Source: an uncultured virus (IMG/VR IMGVR_UViG_3300012147_000007)
Lineage: Duplodnaviria; Heunggongvirae; Uroviricota; Caudoviricetes
IMG/VR virus record: IMGVR_UViG_3300012147_000007
Location: 1 to 64,000 of that record
Reading direction: 5' to 3' (one strand)
Length of the DNA stretch: 64,000 nt
The translations under genes were made by a program, and so were the position numbers. This document shows, piece by piece, positions 57,048 through 64,000 of this stretch. Every line of letters starts with the position of its first letter. Position 1 is the first letter of the stretch. The notes beneath the pieces were generated by a model, which searched no databases, had not been told where the DNA came from, and was given only the letters and a program-made list of their open reading frames with translations.

Positions 57048-57476
57048 TTATTTTTCCCCTGGAGCAAGGTCAGTGTGAGAGTTGTCTCCTATCCCGTGCT
57101 TGCGCTTGAAGTTGCTAAGTATTTTTATAAGAAATGATGTTGGCCTACCTTGAGTTTCGCCATTAGGCCTAAGGTTATCTAAGTGTTTCATTGTCCACTT
57201 ATTCGGTCTTCCATCTGGAAGTATGTATTGTTCATTATTATGATACCATCTTTGACCATCCCATACATACAAAGGATGTTGTTCTCCATAAGAATACGCT
57301 GCATACATTTGACCAAGGTCTCCCAAATCTTCACCATAAGTGTGTGAGCCAACGAAGTTTTGTCTATTCGCAACTTCCTCTGCAGCATCTTTATTGGAAA
57401 TTCTTTCTTCCTTATAAAGTTCTTCTTTGAAAACTTTCGAAAACTCTTCGTTTACTATGTCTGTAAGCTTTTTCAT
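57048..57476 (-). CDS. hypothetical protein (IVNEE leader)
   Basis: 142-aa ORF. Confidence 0.7.
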   Translation of the reverse strand: MKKLTDIVNEEFSKVFKEELYKEERISNKDAAEEVANRQNFVGSHTYGEDLGDLGQMYAAYSYGEQHPLYVWDGQRWYHNNEQYILPDGRPNKWTMKHLDNLRPNGETQGRPTSFLIKILSNFKRKHGIGDNSHTDLAPGEK

Positions 57477-57590
57477 ACAAAAATCATTTAATATAAATAG
57501 TCTAAAAAAAAGGTGTCATAAGCCGTTATTCTATAAAAAAGGCAACATTATTTTTAAATTTACGTATATAATATATACCTTTAAAGTAAT

Positions 57591-57986
57591 ATGGGACTAA
57601 AATACAAACTTAGAAAACTACGAGTAAGGCTCAAAAAATCTAAAGATAAAGACTTAGCTTTGGATGACGTTCAAGAAAAAGCTATTGCAGTTGTTATTCA
57701 AATGATTAACAGTAGCAGTAGCGAATTAATCATGGACCCCAAAAATTCAAGAAAAGGCGTTAAAAATAAAGACTCATTCATCTGCATTAGAAGACATAAA
57801 TTAACTATTATTAATGGAGGATACCCTTATGATGTACCTATTGATGACAGGATTCATGACCATATTACAGAAAAATTCTACGAAAAACTAACAAGAAGAT
57901 TTAATGCAATTGATTGCCAAATTGATTCTATGGTAAAAGAGAATTTAGACACCATAAAAGATAATCTAAAAAATAAAGAATCTTAA
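57591..57986 (+). CDS. hypothetical protein
   Basis: 131 aa after AAC..CGTATA motif. Confidence 0.75.
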   Translation: MGLKYKLRKLRVRLKKSKDKDLALDDVQEKAIAVVIQMINSSSSELIMDPKNSRKGVKNKDSFICIRRHKLTIINGGYPYDVPIDDRIHDHITEKFYEKLTRRFNAIDCQIDSMVKENLDTIKDNLKNKES

Positions 57987-58048
57987 ATTTTCCAAACATT
58001 TTCTTTTTGTTTACGTATAACTTAATTGAACCAATAGAACATTAAGTT

Positions 58049-58690
58049 ATGCTATACTATTTTGATAAAGAAAAACTTGAATATAGATTTGCTAAAAAAT
58101 CATTAGCAATAATTGTCACATCAACTCTATTGCTAATTGCAGTTGCTGTACTCTTTATAAGCTCGCTAATGGCTAATAAAAGAGTTGAGAAGAAAATTAA
58201 TGAAAATCCGAACATTATCAACCTATCCTCAATGGAGCCAGAGGAAATTATAGTCGTTGTCAATAACGCTGATGAATTCTCTGAAGAAAAACTTAAAAAC
58301 TATATTCTTGAGTTAAATATTAAATTTCCAGACATTGCGTTTGCACAAGCGAGATATGAAAGCGGAAACTGGGGGACCAATCCTGGCGCTAATATGTTTG
58401 AGAAAAACAATAACCTTTTTGGAATGAAGTGTGCGACCTCAAGAACAACAACTCACAAGGGAGAGCAAAATGGTCACGCTTATTATAGTCACTGGAGAGA
58501 AAGTGTTATTGACTATGCTATGTGGCAGGATGCCTACGCAAGAGATTTGAAGACCAGAGAAGATTATGTCGCTTACCTCAAGAGGGTGTATGCCGAGGGA
58601 ACATATGTTTCTATCATGCAAATCGTCAAAGAGGTTAGAAAAAAATACCCAGAACTTTACGTCAAGTCTTATCCAAAATTAGATAAATAA
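58049..58690 (+). CDS. Glucosaminidase (GH73-like) with N-terminal TM
   Basis: AQARYESG, NNLFGMK, AYYSHWRESV.DY. Confidence 0.8.
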   Translation: MLYYFDKEKLEYRFAKKSLAIIVTSTLLLIAVAVLFISSLMANKRVEKKINENPNIINLSSMEPEEIIVVVNNADEFSEEKLKNYILELNIKFPDIAFAQARYESGNWGTNPGANMFEKNNNLFGMKCATSRTTTHKGEQNGHAYYSHWRESVIDYAMWQDAYARDLKTREDYVAYLKRVYAEGTYVSIMQIVKEVRKKYPELYVKSYPKLDK

Positions 58691-58745
58691 AAAAACCCTC
58701 CAGCATTGCTGAAAGGTTCTTTTAATTTAATAAACAAAACTTAAT

Positions 58746-59255
58746 TTAGAATGGTAAATCATCCTGTGCTTTTGCGTTAGCAAAATCATTTGTTGCAACA
58801 TACTCCTTAGTTTGCGCTTGAGCCTCTGCAACTGGTGCATTAGCTTTTTGTGCTGGAGCAGAGTTTTGTGCTGGAGCAGAGTTTTGTGCTGGAGCAGCGT
58901 CAGTACCGTTAGCTTTTGTTCCAGTGAACAAAATTTTGTCAGCAACTACTTTAGTAGAATAAAAAGTAACCTCTTGACCATTAACTTCTTTTACGTAGCT
59001 ATCAGTCTTTAATTTACCTTTTACGATAAACCCAGTTCCTTTTTTTCCATAACTTCCTAAGAAATTAGCAAGACCATTCCAAGCCTCAACCTTAACCCAT
59101 TCAGTAGTTTGAACTCTATCTCCACCAGCTTTAGGCGCATAAGAGTCGTTAATTGCGATAGACATGTTTGCAACAGCCTTATCACCATCTAATTGTTTTA
59201 CTTCTGCATCAGCACCTAAAGTACCCATGATAGTAACATCGTTTAATCCATTCAT
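58746..59255 (-). CDS. ssb: Single-stranded DNA-binding protein
   Basis: LNDVTIMGTLGADAE, TEW, KGKLKTDSY, DDLPF. Confidence 0.92.
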   Translation of the reverse strand: MNGLNDVTIMGTLGADAEVKQLDGDKAVANMSIAINDSYAPKAGGDRVQTTEWVKVEAWNGLANFLGSYGKKGTGFIVKGKLKTDSYVKEVNGQEVTFYSTKVVADKILFTGTKANGTDAAPAQNSAPAQNSAPAQKANAPVAEAQAQTKEYVATNDFANAKAQDDLPF

Positions 59256-59388
59256 GATTTTTAATTTTAAATTATTATTTGTTTCACTTAATTAGACTAC
59301 AAATCTATGTCACTTTTAGTTAACATCCAAATTTATTTTGACTTTTTTGATGTATTTATTAGAAACAACTCATTAACATTACCAAACA

Positions 59389-60789
59389 ATGAACAAAGAC
59401 GTTAAAAAAATAATTTCAGAAGCATTCAATGAACTATATAAAGATTTGATTTCTGAAGCAGAAGCTGGTATGAATCCTGCAGACAAAGCAGCAGCAGATA
59501 AAATGATTGCAAGAGTTAAAACTTATGGAGATGCAAGTGGGTTCTCAAACAATGGAGCAAACACAAAGCAGAATGATGTTTTTAACTACATATTAGATGC
59601 GCTTATTTCTGAATACAAAAGTACAGAAGACCAAAATACTAAGCAAAAAATTAAAAATGGTATCCAGGGAGCTTTTTTCCCAGCAATGAATGCAGATGGA
59701 AGACCCAACAAGACATTAAATGTACTTATGGGAAAATGGCCAGGAAAAGATAGAGATGCAGTTCAAGATGCTGCAGCTTCAGCGTATGAATCATTCATGA
59801 AAAACTTTGATGGGTTTATAGACAAATACACACCTGGAGCTGGAAGTAGTTTTGGTGGAATTGTTTTAAACAACTTGAATTCTAAAATGTATGATGTAAT
59901 TCAAAAAGGATTTAGAGGAAAAGGCCTTGGTGGAACTCAGGATACTTATTCAAGAGCTGGAAACAGCATGGGCTCTATGGATGACCCTTATGGAGACGAT
60001 AGCACACTTGGAGCGACAATGGCTGACCCAAACTCATTAGGAGCAGACAATGACACTGAAGCATCAATATCGGAAGACCAAGATTTATTGGCAATCGTTA
60101 ATGGATGGCTTAAGAATAATGTTTCAGAAAAACAATACATCGCCTTTAGAGAACTTACAAAAGGATTTACTCCAAATGAAGTTGCTGAAGATTTCCCAGA
60201 GCATTTTGGAATTGGTAAAGATGTTTCAAGAAATTTCGCACAATTACTTTCGAGAAAAGAAAAAGATGAAGATGGAAACACTGCCCTTACGCTTGACAGA
60301 CTTAGCGACATGCTTTCTTATGCAAAGAAAAGAGATATTGACTTGAAAAACATAGTTCTTAAAAATCTTAGACAAACTATCTCTCAAGACCCAAGCTTCT
60401 CTGGGGATGGAAAACGTTCTTACGTATCTTCTCCTGAAACAAAAGCGGCTCTTAAAGATTTGAGCGATTCAATGTATGAACTTGGTCCAGATGTTTTAAG
60501 CAAACTTGGAGTTAAAGATAAAATTGATTTCCAAAATGGAGCTCAAATTTCAAAAATTATAAACAAACTTACTGTCCTTGGATTGGAAAGTGAGGTTCGT
60601 GATATTGAAGATGCTTGGGCTGATGTTAAAAGAACAAGAGATGCCTCAGCTGATTATGGTAAAGTAACTAACTATGCCGACAAAGTAGATGAAAGCGGTA
60701 TCGCAGGAATGTTTGAAGGACTTGATGTCTATGATGGTTTCGATATAGAAATTCTTATGAACAGAGTTATGCAAAGATTATCAAAATAA
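59389..60789 (+). CDS. Sigma-70/ECF-like factor with virion-protein-type N-terminus
   Basis: Region 2-like DAVQDAAASAY..YTPGAGSSFGGIV..YDVIQK; region 4-like SEKQYIAF...GFTPNEVAE; VKKIISE leader. Confidence 0.55.
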   Translation: MNKDVKKIISEAFNELYKDLISEAEAGMNPADKAAADKMIARVKTYGDASGFSNNGANTKQNDVFNYILDALISEYKSTEDQNTKQKIKNGIQGAFFPAMNADGRPNKTLNVLMGKWPGKDRDAVQDAAASAYESFMKNFDGFIDKYTPGAGSSFGGIVLNNLNSKMYDVIQKGFRGKGLGGTQDTYSRAGNSMGSMDDPYGDDSTLGATMADPNSLGADNDTEASISEDQDLLAIVNGWLKNNVSEKQYIAFRELTKGFTPNEVAEDFPEHFGIGKDVSRNFAQLLSRKEKDEDGNTALTLDRLSDMLSYAKKRDIDLKNIVLKNLRQTISQDPSFSGDGKRSYVSSPETKAALKDLSDSMYELGPDVLSKLGVKDKIDFQNGAQISKIINKLTVLGLESEVRDIEDAWADVKRTRDASADYGKVTNYADKVDESGIAGMFEGLDVYDGFDIEILMNRVMQRLSK

Positions 60790-60839
60790 ACTTAATTTTA
60801 TAAAATTAGAAAAGACACCTCATTGGGTGTCTTTTTTTG

Positions 60840-61058
60840 TTATAACAACAATGCTTTAAAGTTTTGATTGTCTATCTGCTGAGGAACCCCATCGACAAGT
60901 TTATAAATATTAAGGTCTGAATCAAATAGAACTAAATCATAATTCATATCTTCTTCTGTAAGAATTTTGTCATTCTCCATATCCTTAATTCTCACGATGT
61001 GCCTCTTGAGTCTTGACGCAAACATTTTATCAACTTTATCGTGAAATTCTTTATTCAT
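60840..61058 (-). CDS. hypothetical protein
   Basis: 72-aa ORF. Confidence 0.6.
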   Translation of the reverse strand: MNKEFHDKVDKMFASRLKRHIVRIKDMENDKILTEEDMNYDLVLFDSDLNIYKLVDGVPQQIDNQNFKALLL

Positions 61059-61075
61059 AAGTTAATGTACTAAAT

Positions 61076-61624
61076 TTATTTATTATCGTATTTTGATTTT
61101 TTAGCTTTTGCGTAAATACCAATCGGTAAAATTATAATACCAATAATCAATGGTAAAGTACAGATGCCTAAAATTAACCACGCATTAGCGACATATCTTT
61201 GTGCATACCAAGGTTTTGATGCATCCATCTCATCTTCTTTAATTTTTTGCATATTCTGTGCATATTTAACCTCAAATTCAACATCGGATAATTTAACAAT
61301 TTCAGATAAGTATTTTGTTAAATCTTGGAGATGATAATTCGCATTTTGGACCTCAATTGAGTTATCAAAAGAGCCAAGCTTACGTCTAATCTCAATTGTA
61401 ATTTTCGTGCTTATATCTGAAATTTTAGTCATATTAAAGTCAATATAGACACCTAATGATAAACCCTCAAAGCATTCAAGAATAACTTGGTTAAGAATGT
61501 CATTCTCATCATGAATTCTATATTTACCATCGGATGTGATATAAATTTTAGAAATAGATGATTTTACTTTTTCTATTGGGAAATCAATTGTGATTTCTTT
61601 CTTTGGATTTAGAATGCTAATCAT
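61076..61624 (-). CDS. hypothetical protein with C-terminal TM
   Basis: 182-aa ORF. Confidence 0.75.
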   Translation of the reverse strand: MISILNPKKEITIDFPIEKVKSSISKIYITSDGKYRIHDENDILNQVILECFEGLSLGVYIDFNMTKISDISTKITIEIRRKLGSFDNSIEVQNANYHLQDLTKYLSEIVKLSDVEFEVKYAQNMQKIKEDEMDASKPWYAQRYVANAWLILGICTLPLIIGIIILPIGIYAKAKKSKYDNK

Positions 61625-61743
61625 TTTTACTTTTTTGTTTTTAAATTATTATTACTTATTTATACGTTAAATTTAAAGAAATGTTTCATGATTTCTAAAA
61701 AATCAGTTTACAAAGATAATAAATTTTTAATTAAACGAATAAT

Positions 61744-61890
61744 TCAAAATTTATTATCTTTAGTTTTAGTATTGACATGCACAACATTAGAATAATCATA
61801 CCCATCATTCCTATCATTCCTATCATTCCTATTATTCCAGTTACCAGAGTCTTTCAGTTTCTGTAAAAATTCTTTAGTCTTGTCTGTCAT
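61744..61890 (-). pseudogene. Remnant of DUF723-like endonuclease with 9-bp repeat expansion
   Basis: EFLQKLK..(RND)3GYDYSNVVHVNTKTK. Confidence 0.5.
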
Positions 61891-61907
61891 ATATTAAGTC
61901 AATTAAA

Positions 61908-63422
61908 TTATTCATAAATCATAAAATATAGTTTATGCTTTGAGCGACTAACAGCTACGTAATGAATATTCTTAGACTCTTCATCTTTTTCAGTAAAAGA
62001 AACTCTCTCCAGGCGTTTTTTTCCAAGCTTGTCGTAAATTCCGCACTCCTGAAGAACTTCTGGAGAAACAGAATTAACAACAACACACTCATCAAACTCA
62101 CGCCCTTTACTCTTGTGTATTGTAGTAATAAATTTCTTAGACTTTTTGAACTGCTCTATGAACGTCATTAATTGGGCATCATTTTCGAAGTGACCCTTGA
62201 AGTTATTCATTTTACCTCTAAGGTGAGAATCTACATCTCCTCCTTTGTATTTCTTAATATCAGCATCGTTGATGAAATTGAAGTACTTCATTGGAACCTT
62301 CCTCTTTAGCAGTTCTTTCTCAAGTTTTCTAATTGTAGCATTTGTCCTAACCAGCACAACAACTTCTCCTGGTTGTTTCAACAATTCAACAAGCTCATCT
62401 AACCTAAGCATCACTTTCCTGTCAACATCACCTTTGTCTGCGCTATTTGCAGTCGCTGTAAGAGACGAATACTTATTTGAGTTCTCTACAATCAACTCAT
62501 CACTTCTAAAGTTGACAGAGAGGCTCATTTCGGTAACATCACGCCTTTTCTTTAGCATTGACTCAAGTTTGCTACAGTTTGCTCCAGAGTATCCATAAAT
62601 ACTTTGATTACGGTCACCAATTAAATAGTAATACTTAGCATTTAACGAAAGAAGTGTTTGAAGCTGTATAGTACTCGTATCTTGATACTCATCTACAAAT
62701 ATGTAATCATACTTATCTCTAAACATCTTAAGCCACTTATTCTCTCTTAATAAATCACGAACCTCAATAAGCATGTCAGAAAAATCTCTTTTCTTTGTTA
62801 CTCTTAAGAATTTTCTGTAATCATTATAAAACTGAGGAACTGGAGCCTTTACATTATCAGCAGACTGCAACTTAAATGAACCTATAGCTGAAGACAGCTG
62901 TTCAGCATCTTCATACATGTTTGCAATAAGTTCAAAGTGAGCCTCTTTTTGTTCTTTAGTAGCGTGACTACTTGGTTTATGCTCTTGTCTGAACCAGTTT
63001 AAAAACTCATAAAATGACGCTATCGCTTTATACTTTTTCATACTGGCAAGCAAACTATTAGAGAATGCATGTATAGTAGTAATCGTACAACCCTGTCCAT
63101 GAGAACTTACTTTCTCACGAACTTGAATCCCTGCAGACGCAACCCTTTCTCTAAGCTCATCAGTGGCAGCTTTTGTGAAACTGAAAAATATAATCTTGTT
63201 TGGGTCAACACCTCTATCAACAAGAGACTTTAACCTTTGAACACAACTGAATGACTTTCCTGAACCAGCTGTTGCCGCAAGTATTAAAGAATCTTTTTCT
63301 GAATAATTTATAAATGCACTCTGCTCATCTGTATATTGAATCTCTGATTTTTTTGCGTGCGATGTACCTTCGAATAAATCAACTTGACCTCTGTCTATTG
63401 TAATTTCTTTCTTTTTTCCCAT
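61908..63422 (-). CDS. UvrD/Rep-like SF1 helicase
   Basis: ATAGSGKS, VDEYQD, GDRNQSIY, TIHKSKGREF, YVAVSR. Confidence 0.93.
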   Translation of the reverse strand: MGKKKEITIDRGQVDLFEGTSHAKKSEIQYTDEQSAFINYSEKDSLILAATAGSGKSFSCVQRLKSLVDRGVDPNKIIFFSFTKAATDELRERVASAGIQVREKVSSHGQGCTITTIHAFSNSLLASMKKYKAIASFYEFLNWFRQEHKPSSHATKEQKEAHFELIANMYEDAEQLSSAIGSFKLQSADNVKAPVPQFYNDYRKFLRVTKKRDFSDMLIEVRDLLRENKWLKMFRDKYDYIFVDEYQDTSTIQLQTLLSLNAKYYYLIGDRNQSIYGYSGANCSKLESMLKKRRDVTEMSLSVNFRSDELIVENSNKYSSLTATANSADKGDVDRKVMLRLDELVELLKQPGEVVVLVRTNATIRKLEKELLKRKVPMKYFNFINDADIKKYKGGDVDSHLRGKMNNFKGHFENDAQLMTFIEQFKKSKKFITTIHKSKGREFDECVVVNSVSPEVLQECGIYDKLGKKRLERVSFTEKDEESKNIHYVAVSRSKHKLYFMIYE

Positions 63423-64000
63423 TTTAAAATTTCTTTTTCTAAAATCGCTTCAATATTTTTCTTATCATAATATGGTATTCTTAAAAGCTTTTTATTTGTT
63501 TTTTTGCAAAATTCATTTTTTATAGAATCATTTTCTTTAATCTTTTTAAAGTTCGAATCACTCTTTTTTGAAATTGTGAATCTGGGCTCAAAATGCTGCT
63601 CTCCATCATATTCAATGCACATATCATAATTTGGAAGGTAAAAGTCAAATGGAAGGTAGTTAATATTCTTACATTCATCAAATTTCTTTTGAGATTCATA
63701 TAAAACCCTTTTGTTATCCAAGAATCTTTTGACCTCCCTTTCTCCGTGAGACAATCTACACCTTGGACACCCTTGTCCAGCTTTATGTTTCCCTGGAGAC
63801 TGTTCAAAAACGCCATGATTTTCACAAATTATTTTAACTTTAGTTTTATCACCAACATATTCAACTAATGAATAATTATAATTATCTCCATGTACTTCTG
63901 CAAACCTTTTTATAGCATCAGATTTATCGTCTGTTTTCTCTTCTTTTGCACAACAAGGACATCCTATACCTTTTAAATGATTCCATATACATTGCTCAAA
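63395..64000 (-). CDS. DUF723-like repeat homing endonuclease (5' end outside window)
   Basis: Frame open to window end; GCPRC, SHGE, LPFDFY, IEYDGEQH. Confidence 0.85.
   Translation of the reverse strand, partial: FEQCIWNHLKGIGCPCCAKEEKTDDKSDAIKRFAEVHGDNYNYSLVEYVGDKTKVKIICENHGVFEQSPGKHKAGQGCPRCRLSHGEREVKRFLDNKRVLYESQKKFDECKNINYLPFDFYLPNYDMCIEYDGEQHFEPRFTISKKSDSNFKKIKENDSIKNEFCKKTNKKLLRIPYYDKKNIEAILEKEILKWEKRKKLQ

Noticed and set aside
58844..58897. 18-bp tandem repeat in ssb
   Set aside because: Ordinary low-complexity linker (APAQNS)
1..64000. Genome-wide TAG-to-Gln recoding (code 15)
   Set aside because: Long genes (clpC, helicase, AAA-M41) are open in code 11 and several genes end at TAG with no plausible extension

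Overview
64 kb of an AT-rich large (jumbo-type) phage genome, mostly transcribed on the minus strand. The host is probably Bacteroidota, inferred from TAnnTTTG-type promoter boxes and a DUF3127-like gene. The window holds about 30 tRNA genes in five clusters, about 15 tRNA-derived RNAs with abnormal or missing anticodon/D arms, a ~0.95 kb GOLLD-like ncRNA and many free-standing homing endonucleases. Protein genes include RNA-repair and translation-rescue enzymes (RNA ligase, HAD phosphatase, Pth2-like), ClpC-like and FtsH-like ATPases, PrsW, SSB, a UvrD-like helicase, a glucosaminidase and probable virion proteins. Main discovery: four tRNA clusters are each headed by a 30-39 aa leader ORF with an alternative pairing and an intrinsic terminator, the layout of a ribosome-mediated attenuator. 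The control codons of each leader spell out the amino acids of the tRNAs downstream (Cys; Asn/His/Thr/Lys/Ile; Pro/Asp/Ala/Tyr/Gly/Met; Ser/Arg/Trp), suggesting phage tRNAs are switched on when the matching host tRNAs are depleted or cleaved. Second system: a CUA-anticodon (amber suppressor) tRNA together with in-frame TAG codons in at least four genes (Pth2-like, RNA ligase, methyltransferase, a hypothetical) in a genome that otherwise reads as code 11. All family calls are by-eye motif recognition; no searches were run. Several homopolymer frameshifts suggest some assembly error.
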